NCBI GenBank assembly: GCA_044344255.1
Contig: JBIJDH010000006.1
Location: 1-64,000 of the forward strand
DNA length: 64,000 nucleotides
Direction of reading: 5' to 3'
Origin: Myxococcota bacterium
Lineage (GTDB): Bacteria; Myxococcota_A; UBA796; UBA2385
Shown: piece by piece, positions 53,946 through 63,833 of the stretch
Layout of the letters: each line of letters opens with the position of its first letter
Numbering within the stretch: the first letter of the stretch is position 1
Notes under the pieces: generated by a model
The model's database searches: none
Seen by the model: the letters and a program-made list of their open reading frames with translations, nothing else
Told to the model about the DNA's origin: nothing
Position numbers and translations under genes: made by a program

Positions 53946-55487
53946 ATGCGCGCCCCTCTGTTGCTCGCCCTGCTCACCGCTTGTGATCCTTTTGGTCGGT
54001 GGACAGATGATGATGAATGGTACCTCGACGCCGAGCTGTGGGACCCCGAGGTCGCCCCGACGGCGGACGGCAGCCTCTACGTGCGGCTCCCTGCCCAGGG
54101 GCAGCTCGTGCGGGTCAAGGAGGACGGCTCCTTCGCTACCGTCGATCTCGACGGCGCGCAGGCCGACTCGATGGTGGTGACCCCGGACGGCGAGCGGGTG
54201 CTCGTTCTGGCCCGCTGGCCGCGCTGCAACAACGATGACGAGGAGATCGTCACCGTCGAGGATTGTCCGGAGGACGACCTCGAGTGGCGGCATGAGCTCG
54301 ACATCGTGGAGGAGGGCAAGCGCATCCGCACCGTCGATGTGCCGCCCCACCTCGACACCTTCTCCTTCGCGCCCGGCGGCACCACCGCGGTGGCCTGGCT
54401 CTCCGGCGACCCCTACGACGTCGAGATCGATGGCGTCGCCGATCTCACCGAGATCGTGTTCGTCGATCTGGCCACCGGCGACACCCAGGGCCTCTCGATC
54501 GGGTTCCGGCCGACCGACATCTTGTTCAGCGAGGACGGCACCCGCGCGGTGGTGCTCTCGAACTTCCAGGTGACGGTGGTGGACCTCGAGACCCGCGAGG
54601 AGCTCGTCACCTACGAGCTCGCCACCGACATCGACGCCAACGTCGTGCCCAAGGACGCCGTGCTCACCTCGGACGGGGACTGGATCCTGCTGACGGTGGA
54701 GGGGCGCTCCGAGCTCTTCGAGCTCAACATGAGCACCTTCTTCATCGACATCGAGGACCTCCCCGGCGAGCCCTTCGGCCTCGCGGAGGCGGCCGATCCG
54801 GAGGGCGAGCTGACGCTGCTGCTCTACGGTTCGCTGGCACAGGTCGATGTGCTCGATCACCGCGACTACCAGCTCCGGGAGGAGCCGATCGAGCTCGACG
54901 AGCCGGTCCACCATGGCCTCGCCGTGAATGGCGGCGCCGTCTTCTACAACGTCAACGAGGGGCACACGATCTACCTCTGGGACGCCGTCACCAACGACGT
55001 AGATGAGACCGCCATCGAGAACCCGCTGCTCGACCTCGCCCTCACCGGCTCGGGTCGCTTCGCGGTGGGCCTGCTCGGCCCGGAGCTCTCGGGCGCCAGC
55101 GAGTTCCAGGACTCGCTCTACGGGCTCGGGGTCGTCGACCTCGCCGAGCGACAGGCCGCCAGCCTCGTCTTCGAGGCCCGCCCGGTGGGCTTGGCCCTCG
55201 TCGATCGGGAGGGGGCCGACTACGCGCTCGCCCTGCTCGAAGGGGTGGAGGACGTCTACCAGATCGACCTCTCCGATCCCTCGAAGGCGCTGCCTATCGA
55301 GCTCCCCGCCCCGCCGGTCGGCATCGGCGCCCTGGCGGACGGGCGCTTCTACATCACGCACCGGCGCGCGCTCGGGCTCATCAGCTTCTTCGACCCGGCG
55401 GACGGCGCGCTCAAGACCGTGGGTGGCTTCGTGACCCCGGCCCTCCTCCCCGGGGAGACGACGCTGCCCCGGATCGAGGCGGACTGA
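53946..55487 (+). CDS. Beta-propeller lipoprotein (distant paralog of the upstream gene)
   Basis: Lipobox LTAC; GFRP..I.FSEDG.RAVV and LG.ISFFD...L.TV.GF shared with the upstream protein. Confidence 0.8.
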   Translation: MRAPLLLALLTACDPFGRWTDDDEWYLDAELWDPEVAPTADGSLYVRLPAQGQLVRVKEDGSFATVDLDGAQADSMVVTPDGERVLVLARWPRCNNDDEEIVTVEDCPEDDLEWRHELDIVEEGKRIRTVDVPPHLDTFSFAPGGTTAVAWLSGDPYDVEIDGVADLTEIVFVDLATGDTQGLSIGFRPTDILFSEDGTRAVVLSNFQVTVVDLETREELVTYELATDIDANVVPKDAVLTSDGDWILLTVEGRSELFELNMSTFFIDIEDLPGEPFGLAEAADPEGELTLLLYGSLAQVDVLDHRDYQLREEPIELDEPVHHGLAVNGGAVFYNVNEGHTIYLWDAVTNDVDETAIENPLLDLALTGSGRFAVGLLGPELSGASEFQDSLYGLGVVDLAERQAASLVFEARPVGLALVDREGADYALALLEGVEDVYQIDLSDPSKALPIELPAPPVGIGALADGRFYITHRRALGLISFFDPADGALKTVGGFVTPALLPGETTLPRIEAD

Positions 55488-55594
55488 GGCGCCGCTCGTG
55501 CACCTCGTCGCCTCAGGATTGAAATTGGCTCTGGATTGAACGAACCGGAATCGACGGGCCCCCCAGGGCCGCGTCTCGAGAGACGGAGACCCTC

Positions 55595-56302
55595 ATGGAA
55601 ACCATGCTCCTCGCTTTTCTCTTCTCGAACCTGCACTCCCCCGTCGCCGAGGCGGCGCCACCCGCCGCGGGCCGCTCGGCCGCGCTCCAAGGCCACGAGA
55701 TCGCCTTTGAGCTCGGGACGACGCATGACGCGAGCGCGAACGCCGAGTTCCTCCACGGTGGAGAGGCCGCGTCCAGCCAGGGGCTCCGGCTCGGCTTTGG
55801 CCTCGGCGAGCACCTGAGCCTGATCGGAGGCTGGCACCGGAGCCGCTACGGGCAGGAGATCATCCTGGTCTCGGACTCCACCGAGTGGACCGGGGACGGT
55901 GGGCTGCGCTCGCAGTTCGTCCTTGACCAGCTCTCGGCGGGGGTGAAGGTGCGGCGGGAGGTCCGCCCCTGGCTCCAGCCCTACGCCAACGCCCAGCTCG
56001 TCCTGGCCCGCGCGGAGGTGCGCCTGGACGACGCCTCCGAGGAGGATGAGAACCCGAACGAGCTGCGCGCGAAGGGCCTCGCGCCCGGCGCGATGGTCAT
56101 GGCCGGCCTGGAGGTAGACCCGCTGCGCGCCTTCGGCGGTCGCCTCGGCTCCTACCTCGAGCTCGGCTACGACTACACCCTGCCGCTGCACCTCCGCGAC
56201 GAGGCCGGCCACGAAGGCAGCTCCGGCGGCGACGAGGTGGAGCTGGGAGACGTGCGGCTCCAGGGCTTCGCGCTGCGCTGGGGGGTCGGCTACCGCTTCT
56301 GA
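55595..56302 (+). CDS. Outer-membrane beta-barrel protein
   Basis: GGAG RBS; signal-like N-terminus; amphipathic strands; terminal WGVGYRF beta-signal. Confidence 0.7.
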   Translation: METMLLAFLFSNLHSPVAEAAPPAAGRSAALQGHEIAFELGTTHDASANAEFLHGGEAASSQGLRLGFGLGEHLSLIGGWHRSRYGQEIILVSDSTEWTGDGGLRSQFVLDQLSAGVKVRREVRPWLQPYANAQLVLARAEVRLDDASEEDENPNELRAKGLAPGAMVMAGLEVDPLRAFGGRLGSYLELGYDYTLPLHLRDEAGHEGSSGGDEVELGDVRLQGFALRWGVGYRF

Positions 56303-56342
56303 AGAGGGTGGGGTCGCGGTCCGGGAGGCTCAGGGGCAGCCT

Positions 56343-59300
56343 TCAGCGACAGAGCTCGATCCGGCCCTCGACCCGCCGCGCTCGGCCTCGATCGCACAGG
56401 ATGGTGACGCCGGCGGCGATCCGCTCCTCGGCTCGCCGACCGCGCCCGGTGAGGCCGAAGAGGCGCGCGGTCTCGCGGATGAGGGCATCCACCGGGAGGG
56501 AGAGGTTCTGGCGCAGCACATAGAGCGCGCCCGCCGCCATCTCTTCGGCGGGGATCTGCTCGGGCTCGCGGAGGATGCCGTTGGGCGCGGCCCCGCGGAT
56601 GACGGTCCACTCCTCGGGGTCCTGGCCCTCTGCCCACACAAAGCCGTCGATCACGTCGAGCTTGCCGCGGGTCTCGACGGTCGCGACGGCCTCTCCGAGG
56701 CGGCGCCGAACCCGGTCGGTCATCCGGCTGACCCCCCAGCAGGCCGCGACCCGCCGGTACAGCTCATCGACGGCGATGGGGGCCTCTGCCTCGACGAGGA
56801 GGAGGATGCGCCGCTCGATGAGGGGCGTGGCGGCGGGGAGGTACAGGGCCTCGGGATCGGAGGAGACGGGCTCGAGGCCGGCGAGGCGGTAGGGGATGAC
56901 GGGGGCGCGGGGCTTCATCACCGCCTCGAGGCGGCTGGGCTTGGGCGCCTCGGCGGCGGCCTCGCGGGAGCTGTCGAGGGGTGAAGGCGTGGGCGGAGCC
57001 GGGAGCGGAGCGGTGAGGGGCGCAGGCTCGGGCGAGGCGGCGCCGCGACGGCGCTCCTCGAGGGCGGCCTGGAGGGCCGCCTCGACGCGGGCGAGGGTGC
57101 CCTCCCGATCTTGGAGGAGGTCGGTCGACCAGACGCGGAGCACCCGCCAGCCCAGCTGCTGGAGCACGGCGGGCCGGAGGCGGTCGCGGTCGCGGACGGT
57201 GGCGGCGGCGCGGTAGGTGGGCCCGTCCCCCTCGATGGCCATCAGGTACTCGCCCGGCTGGTCGGGGTGCACCACCGCGAGGTCGACCCGGTACTCCCCG
57301 GTCCCCACCTGGCAGTCGACCGTCCAGCCTCGGGCGCTGAGCGCGGCGTGGAGGTCGGCCTCGAAGGGGGAGGGGAAGTCCTGCTGGCGCAGCCGCTGCG
57401 CCCCTTGGCCTCGCGCGGCGGCGAGGCGGAGGAAGGCCTGCAGGTGGCGCGCGCCCACGGCGGGGGCCCGGCTGAGGTCGATCTGGTCGGCGGTGAGGGT
57501 GGCGAAGATCCGCAGCGTCTCCCGGGCCCGCGTGATCGCGACGTTGAGGCGGCGCTCGCCGCCGGCCCGGTTGAGGGGGCCGAAATTCATCCAGACGCGG
57601 CCGCCCTCGTCAGGGCCGTAGCAGACGCTGAACAAGATCTCGTCCCGCTCGTCGCCCTGCACGTTCTCGAGGTTCTTGACGAAGACCGGCTCGGGGATGC
57701 CCTCGGCGAAGTGCGGCTCGATCTCGGGGCAGCGGCCGCGGGCGAGGTCGAGGAGATCGGACACCAGCGCCTGCTGGGGCATGCTGAAGGTGACCACCCC
57801 GAAGCTGCGCGCGCCGGGCCGGGTGGCCTGGAGGGAGGCGACGAGGTGCTCAACCAGGGCCTCGGCCTCCGCGCGGTTGGTCCGGCTCTTCCCCTTCTCG
57901 TAGACCCCGCCCGGCACCGGGTGCAGGTGCAGGCCGAGCTCTGGGTCTCGGCTGCGGGCGGCGGGGAAGATCTGGAGCTTGTTCTCGTAGGAGTGCTCGT
58001 TGCTGAAGGCGATCAGCGACTCGTGCCGGCTCCGATAGTGCCAGCCGAGGGTCATCTGGGGCAGGCCGGCGGCCAGGGCCTCGTCGAGGATGCTCTCCAG
58101 CTCCACGACGTCGTTCTCGTCGGGCAGGGCCTCCTCGGCGGTGTCGCGGGTAAAGAAGGTGGTGGGCGGGAGCTGCTTGCTGTCCCCCACGATGACCACC
58201 TGCTCGCCGCGCGCGATCGCCCCGATGGCCTCGTGGGTGCCGATCTGGCTGGCCTCGTCGAAGACGACGAGGTCAAAGCGCCGCCCGCTCGCAGGGAGGT
58301 ATTGGGCCACGGACAGGGGGCTCATCAACAGACAGGGCTTGAGCCGCGGGAGGAGGTTGGGGATCGAGGCGAGCAGCTTTCGGAGGGGCAGGTGGGCCCG
58401 CTGCTTTCGCAGCTCGCGTTGGAGCAGCGCGGGCTCCCCACCCTCGGCGGCGCCACCCGCGGGCAGCCGCTCCTCTACCCGCCGCAGCACCTGTGCCCGG
58501 GCGAGGGGCAGCAGCGCGGCGTCGATCGCCCGGAAGCGTGCGACCCGTCGATCCTGTTCGTCCCCGCTGAAGGTGCGCAGCAGGGGCTCGTTGTCGCTGA
58601 AGGTCACGCACCAACGCTGGAGCAGGGCTCGCTCGACGGCGCGGCGGAGGTCGGCCGCGCGCACGCGGTCGGTCTTGTGAGCTTCCACGATGCCGGAGAG
58701 CCCGAGGCGGCGGCACCCCTCGGCGGCCCGCCCGTAGAGGGACCAGGCCCGGAAGCGGGGCAGCGCGGCGCCCCACGCCTCGACCTGTTGGCGGAGACTG
58801 GAGAGGTAGTCCGCGGTGTCGGGGTCGCCGAGGTTGGCCTCGACGAGCCCTTCGAGGCGAGAGCGGGCCCCGCGCAGCCGACCAGCGGCGGCCGCGAGCT
58901 CCGCTGATCGCGCGGAGAGGTTGGCGCGACGCGGGTCTTCACCATCGGCGCGGAGGAGGTCGAGGAGGAGGGTGGGCTCCCCGCCGCCGGCCGCCTTCCA
59001 CGAACGGCGGGCCTCCTGGAGGGCCTCAACTTCGCGGAGCAGCGTCGCCAGGGCCGCCGGATCGCCGGACCAGGTGCCCTCCAAGACCTGAACGAGGGCA
59101 GCGCGCTCTGCCTCGTGAGGGGGCTCGAGCGCCTGGACGTCGCGCAGCGTCGAGAGATCGGCCGTGATCCGCGCGTCCGCCGGGAGGTCACCGCGGGCGA
59201 AGCGCCGGAGGCTCTGGCGCGGAAAGAATAGGAAGATCCAAGCGAAGAGGAAGAAGGAGCCGGCCCAGGTCTTGAATTGGAGGTAAATATTGCCGAGGGG

Positions 59301-62300
59301 AGCGCGGAGCAGCTCGTCTCGCCACCGCTGTGCGAGATCGGCGCGTCGCTCGTGGTCCTGCTGATGGAGCCCGAGCCAGGCCGTCGCCCGGGCCGCGATC
59401 TCCGGCCAGACCGGGCTCAGCAGGGCGGGCGGCAGCGGACGCGCGGCGAGGGCGGCGCCGAGCGAGGCGAGGACCTCGGCGCCGCGGAGGCTCCCGAGCG
59501 CGGGGGTGTGGAGGCTGGAGGCCACAGCCCGCAGCGCGCGGTCGAGCTCCGTCTCTCCCTCCCGGACCTCTTCGAGGGCCGCCCGGACAGCCTCGTCGGT
59601 GCCATGGCTCCAGTCGGTGATGCGGGTGTCGCGCCAGGGATTGGCGGGCACGGGCTCGACGGCCTGCGCCGCCACCGCGAGGCTGTCCACGGCCTCCGAC
59701 ATCGCGGAGAGCCAGGCTTGATCGATGCGGGTGACGTCGGCGAAGGTGAGGCGCACGTCGGGCGCGTCGCGGAGCCCGAGGAGGCGCCCCCCGACCTGAT
59801 GCAGGCTGAGCCCGAGGAGGCGGGGGCTGTGCAGGGCGCGGACGACCCCGTGGAGCTGCCCGCGGAGGACCTCCAGCTCCCGATTCCGCGCCGCCCACAT
59901 CGGGTCGTCGGCCAGGGCCCTGCGCTCGAGGGCGCGACCGAGCTCGGTGACGACCTCCTTCTTGCTCGCCTTGTGGGAGTGGAGCTCCAGCACGGCGCCG
60001 CCGAGGCCCACCTGCTGGAGGCGCCGGTGGACGACGTCGAGCGCGGCCATCTTCTCGGAGACGAAGAGGACCGACTTGCCCTCGGCCAGGGCCGCCGCGA
60101 TAAGGTTGGTGATGGTCTGGGACTTGCCGGTGCCCGGCGGCCCCTGGAGCACGAAGCTCCGCCCCCGCAGCGCGGCCAGCACCGCCACGATCTGCGTGCT
60201 GTCTGCGTCGAGGACGAGGGGGAGCGCGCCGCAGGGCAGCTCGGAGTCGAGCTCGGTGGCCTCGGGGGCGGGTGGCGCCGCCGGTGCCGCCTGCAGCCCC
60301 CCGGCGGCGAGGTGTCGGACCACCGCGTTCTCGAGGAGGACCGAAGCGCTCTCTTCGAGGTCCCGCCACATGAGGAAGCGGGTGAAGGTGAAGAGGGCGA
60401 GGTGGGCCTCATCGAGCACCTCCCAGCGGGGGACGCGGCTGATCGCGGCCCGGGCGGCGCGGAGCAGCGCGCCCATGTTCACGCCCGCCTCGTCTCCCTC
60501 GGGGTTGGCGAGGAAGGGCATCTCAACGGCGTAGTCCCGGCGCAGCTTCTCGGCGAGCGTGATGTTGCCGATCGGCTCTTCGTCGATGCGACGCAAGCGG
60601 AGCCGGCGGGTTCGGCGGTCGAAGTCGAGGCGGACCGGCAAGAGGAGGAGGGGGGCGTAACGGGGGCTGGTGACGTCCTCTGCCTCGAACCACTTGAGCA
60701 GACCGAGGGCGACGAAGAGCGTATTGGCGCCGCCCTCTTCGAAGTCACGGCGGGCCGCTCGATCGAGCTCGACGGCCCGCTTGACGAGCTCCGGCTCGGT
60801 CCAGGGGACGTGGATGAGCTGCCGATCGAGGTCATCGGAGCGGCGGCGCTGGAGGTCACCGGCCTCCGTGCGGGTCTCGACGAGGCTCGGATCGCGCGCG
60901 TCCCGGGGGTCCGATGGGGGGCGCGGCAGGAGCTCGTAGGCACGGTCGGAGGACAGCCCGTCCTCGAGGCGCCCGAGGTCTGGCACGAGGAGCGGCAGGG
61001 CGCCGCCGAGCCCCGGCCGGAAGTTGAGCAGGCGGTTGCGGAGGGAGAGGTCGAGCAGGCGCTCCGACCAGCGGCGCAGGCGGGCACGGACGGGGTCGGC
61101 GGGCGCGGTCGCGCTCCCCGACGGGGACCCGGGCGGGAGGGGCACCAGCTCGACCTGGGGTTCCTCGAGCTGCGGCGGCCCGCCCTCGATGCCCTCGCCT
61201 GCAGCCTCGCCCGCGGCCTCGCCGGCGGAGCGCTCGGCGGCCGGCGGGTGGATCCGCAGGGGGAGGGGGAGGTAGCGCTCGCCGCGGGCGACCCGCAGGT
61301 CGATGGCACAGATGAAACGCTCATCGTCGGAGAGCTGCGCCCGGGCGGCCTCGATCGCCACCTCGACCCCCGGCGTCCCGGCCGCGGTGAGCGCGGTGAC
61401 GTCAAAGACCAGCAGCTCATCGAGGCCGAGCAGGCTGCGCAGGCGCGCCGCGTCGCCGACCACACCTTCGGGGAAGCGGTCGTCCGTGAGCCAGACTCCG
61501 AGGAAGATGTGGCCCCGCACGATGATGAGGAGCGGGGCGAGGCGGAGCTGCTCGAGCAGCGCGGCCACGAACAGGCTGAGATCGAGGCAGTTGCCCATCT
61601 CCTCCTGGATGATCTGATCGGGCAGGCGCACCTTCTGGCCCACCGCCTCGAAGCTCGCGGCGCCCCCGATGTAGCTGAGGCCGAGAGACCGAAAGGCCTC
61701 GAGGGCCCCCAGCGCCAGGGTGCGGACCCGCGAGGTCGACCGGGTGGGGTACCCGTCGAGGGAGGGATCCCCCGACCGCGCGACCACCGCCTCCCGCACC
61801 CGCGGCAAGAGGCGGCCGACGTCGGGGTGATTGGGGAGGACGAAGCAGGAGAGCAAGGCGGGCGGTGCGCGGAAGCCCGGCCACTCGTTGAAGGCGAGCA
61901 GCTGGATGCCGACATCGCCAGACGCCAGCACCGCGCCCTCCGGGGCCTCGGGGCCGCCCGGCGCGCCGCGGAGGCACCACCGGAGCCGGATCTGCTCCGC
62001 CTCGACCACCGCGCGGACCCGGCCCGGCGGGGTGGGCAGATCCAGCGGGCCAAGCTCCGCGGTCTCCCCGCCGTGGAGAGGGGGGATCGCGAAGACGTGG
62101 CGGGGACCGAGGTCAGGGAGGAGCTCGACCTCCAGCCGGACCCCGTGTAAGGGCGCCGCGCGGTCGTTGAAGATCCGGACCATCGGGACGAGGGGGACCC
62201 CGCTCTGCTCGAGCGCGAAGTTGAGCGTCGGGGCGACCGTCAGGCTGACCCGGACCCCGTCGCCGCCCTCGCCGCCCGAGGGCGCCTCGTCGCCGCGCGA

Positions 62301-62369
62301 CTGGGGCTCCGCCCCGGGAGGCGTGGACCGGGGCGGCTCTGCCCGCGTGCTCAGCTCGGTGGGGGTCAA
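56343..62369 (-). CDS. DUF4011 - SF1 helicase - MTES_1575/Vsr-like nuclease - DUF3320 protein (Hhe-like)
   Basis: LLDLSLRNRLLNF; QGPPGTGKSQT; DEASQI; VGDSKQLPPT; WHYRS; NVQGDERD; RRLNVAITRAR; SPFE...DLAV...AIEGDG...GWRVLRVWS. Confidence 0.92.
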   Translation of the reverse strand: MTPTELSTRAEPPRSTPPGAEPQSRGDEAPSGGEGGDGVRVSLTVAPTLNFALEQSGVPLVPMVRIFNDRAAPLHGVRLEVELLPDLGPRHVFAIPPLHGGETAELGPLDLPTPPGRVRAVVEAEQIRLRWCLRGAPGGPEAPEGAVLASGDVGIQLLAFNEWPGFRAPPALLSCFVLPNHPDVGRLLPRVREAVVARSGDPSLDGYPTRSTSRVRTLALGALEAFRSLGLSYIGGAASFEAVGQKVRLPDQIIQEEMGNCLDLSLFVAALLEQLRLAPLLIIVRGHIFLGVWLTDDRFPEGVVGDAARLRSLLGLDELLVFDVTALTAAGTPGVEVAIEAARAQLSDDERFICAIDLRVARGERYLPLPLRIHPPAAERSAGEAAGEAAGEGIEGGPPQLEEPQVELVPLPPGSPSGSATAPADPVRARLRRWSERLLDLSLRNRLLNFRPGLGGALPLLVPDLGRLEDGLSSDRAYELLPRPPSDPRDARDPSLVETRTEAGDLQRRRSDDLDRQLIHVPWTEPELVKRAVELDRAARRDFEEGGANTLFVALGLLKWFEAEDVTSPRYAPLLLLPVRLDFDRRTRRLRLRRIDEEPIGNITLAEKLRRDYAVEMPFLANPEGDEAGVNMGALLRAARAAISRVPRWEVLDEAHLALFTFTRFLMWRDLEESASVLLENAVVRHLAAGGLQAAPAAPPAPEATELDSELPCGALPLVLDADSTQIVAVLAALRGRSFVLQGPPGTGKSQTITNLIAAALAEGKSVLFVSEKMAALDVVHRRLQQVGLGGAVLELHSHKASKKEVVTELGRALERRALADDPMWAARNRELEVLRGQLHGVVRALHSPRLLGLSLHQVGGRLLGLRDAPDVRLTFADVTRIDQAWLSAMSEAVDSLAVAAQAVEPVPANPWRDTRITDWSHGTDEAVRAALEEVREGETELDRALRAVASSLHTPALGSLRGAEVLASLGAALAARPLPPALLSPVWPEIAARATAWLGLHQQDHERRADLAQRWRDELLRAPLGNIYLQFKTWAGSFFLFAWIFLFFPRQSLRRFARGDLPADARITADLSTLRDVQALEPPHEAERAALVQVLEGTWSGDPAALATLLREVEALQEARRSWKAAGGGEPTLLLDLLRADGEDPRRANLSARSAELAAAAGRLRGARSRLEGLVEANLGDPDTADYLSSLRQQVEAWGAALPRFRAWSLYGRAAEGCRRLGLSGIVEAHKTDRVRAADLRRAVERALLQRWCVTFSDNEPLLRTFSGDEQDRRVARFRAIDAALLPLARAQVLRRVEERLPAGGAAEGGEPALLQRELRKQRAHLPLRKLLASIPNLLPRLKPCLLMSPLSVAQYLPASGRRFDLVVFDEASQIGTHEAIGAIARGEQVVIVGDSKQLPPTTFFTRDTAEEALPDENDVVELESILDEALAAGLPQMTLGWHYRSRHESLIAFSNEHSYENKLQIFPAARSRDPELGLHLHPVPGGVYEKGKSRTNRAEAEALVEHLVASLQATRPGARSFGVVTFSMPQQALVSDLLDLARGRCPEIEPHFAEGIPEPVFVKNLENVQGDERDEILFSVCYGPDEGGRVWMNFGPLNRAGGERRLNVAITRARETLRIFATLTADQIDLSRAPAVGARHLQAFLRLAAARGQGAQRLRQQDFPSPFEADLHAALSARGWTVDCQVGTGEYRVDLAVVHPDQPGEYLMAIEGDGPTYRAAATVRDRDRLRPAVLQQLGWRVLRVWSTDLLQDREGTLARVEAALQAALEERRRGAASPEPAPLTAPLPAPPTPSPLDSSREAAAEAPKPSRLEAVMKPRAPVIPYRLAGLEPVSSDPEALYLPAATPLIERRILLLVEAEAPIAVDELYRRVAACWGVSRMTDRVRRRLGEAVATVETRGKLDVIDGFVWAEGQDPEEWTVIRGAAPNGILREPEQIPAEEMAAGALYVLRQNLSLPVDALIRETARLFGLTGRGRRAEERIAAGVTILCDRGRARRVEGRIELCR

Positions 62370-62481
62370 GGTGCGTTCCTTCTCCGGCTTCCGTCACCGG
62401 CTCCCTTCGCTTTTCTCATTTCTCTTTTCTCTGGCGCAGCCCTCTAGCCACTTTCTGGCGAGAGGGCCGCCCGGCGACGAT

Positions 62482-63699
62482 TCAGAAGGAGCCGCGCGCG
62501 AAGTAGGCGTCACCGGCGATGTACCAGCGGTCGCCCTTCACGGTCACGGTCTGGAGGAGCGGGAGGTCGGCCTCGAGCTCCGTCCAGGTCTGTCCGCCGT
62601 CTTCGGTGAGGAGCACGAAGCCGCCCTGGCTGACCGGATAGCGGTGCCCCACCGCGAGCCCGCGCTGCCCGTCCGCGCTGAACGCGAGGCCGTGTACGAT
62701 GTCCAGCCCATCGCCGAGCGTGATGGCGGTCCAGGTCTCGCCGCGGTCGGTCGAGCGGTAGAGGAAGCCGGAGGCCGAGCTGCTGCGCGACTGATCTCGC
62801 CCGCCGACCAGCCAGGTGGAGCCCCCGTCGGGGGAGGCCATCGCCCAGACCTCGCCTTCGACGCGGTCGGAGATGACGGTGGCGGCCAGGGAGGGCAGGG
62901 CGTCGGGGTGGGCTGCGTCGGGGCCGAAGAAGACGGGCGGCTCGTTGATCACGCTGCCGCCACCGTAGAGCTGTCCTCCGGCCTGGGTCATCGAGATCAA
63001 GGTGTAGACGGCGCGCTCGCCGGCGTAGTTCTCCGCCTCCCAGGTTCGGGACTCCTTCGTCCATGTCGCGCCGCCGTCCTCGCTCGTGCTCAGATCGGGG
63101 CCGGTGTTGCTGGCGACCACGAGGCGGTCGCCGATGGCCTCCACGGCGCCGCAATTCGAGAGATAGGCCGTGCGGTCGTCGCTCGAGTTGTTGCCGTAGG
63201 AGAGCAAGGGGAGGAACGTGTCCCCCTCTTGCACAGAGAGCAAGGTCCCGTCGTCGACGCCCTCGTAATCGTGGCCGCAGACGAGGAGGCGGCCGCGCGC
63301 GTCGCGATCGAGGTCGAAGACGAAGAGGTCTCCGCTCGGGTGGGCCCGCTCCCAGCGCTCGCCGCCGTCGCTCGTGTGCCAGAGGCCGACGCCGTTCCCG
63401 CAGCCGAGGTAGCCCTCGTCTTCGGTGTCGAAGAGCATGTCGTAGGGGGTGCCTTCGCCGTTGCAGGGGTCGGTCGCGACCTCGAGGCTGGCGCTGGCGG
63501 GCTCACCCTCTCCTTCGCCCTCTCCTTCGCCCTCTGCCCCTCCCCCCTGCCCGAGACCGGCGGCGCTGGTGTCGGCGCCGCTGGAGGCGGTGTCGGCGCC
63601 GCTGCCGCTCGAGGGGTCGAAGCAGGCCATGAACATGAGCAGAGGCAGCAGCCGTACGGAGAGGGTGGAGAAGACGGGGAGTGAGGGAGGGTTCATCAT
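62482..63699 (-). CDS. Lipoprotein with BNR/Ycf48-like repeats
   Basis: GGAG RBS + ATG 63699; lipobox FMAC; repeated (S/T)xDGGxTW. Confidence 0.85.
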   Translation of the reverse strand: MMNPPSLPVFSTLSVRLLPLLMFMACFDPSSGSGADTASSGADTSAAGLGQGGGAEGEGEGEGEGEPASASLEVATDPCNGEGTPYDMLFDTEDEGYLGCGNGVGLWHTSDGGERWERAHPSGDLFVFDLDRDARGRLLVCGHDYEGVDDGTLLSVQEGDTFLPLLSYGNNSSDDRTAYLSNCGAVEAIGDRLVVASNTGPDLSTSEDGGATWTKESRTWEAENYAGERAVYTLISMTQAGGQLYGGGSVINEPPVFFGPDAAHPDALPSLAATVISDRVEGEVWAMASPDGGSTWLVGGRDQSRSSSASGFLYRSTDRGETWTAITLGDGLDIVHGLAFSADGQRGLAVGHRYPVSQGGFVLLTEDGGQTWTELEADLPLLQTVTVKGDRWYIAGDAYFARGSF

Positions 63700-63798
63700 G
63701 GGGGTCTCCAGGGGGCCGGGCGCAGCGCCCAGCTCGACGGGTCGGGTGCACGGGGCCGCCGTCGTCTCTGGCTGCGGACCCTGCACGCGGAGCCCCTG

Positions 63799-63833
63799 TG
63801 CAAGCGCCAGGCCAACGTGATTTCAGGACCTTA
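63799..63833 (-). promoter_or_regulatory. sigma54 promoter with adjacent IHF-like site
   Basis: Minus strand TTGGCCTGGCGCTTGCA (GG 63813-12, N10, GC 63801-00); TTTCAGGACCTTA just upstream resembles WATCAANNNNTTR. Confidence 0.65.

Noticed and set aside
55525..55541. sigma54-like site TTGGCTCTGGATTGAA before the beta-barrel gene
   Set aside because: Lacks the GG-N10-GC spacing.
59277..62150. Long opposite-strand or alternate-frame ORFs (also 7451-9850, 11865-14024, 27347-28789, 52280-53977)
   Set aside because: They are shadows of well-supported genes; high GC makes stop codons rare, and the translations lack motifs.
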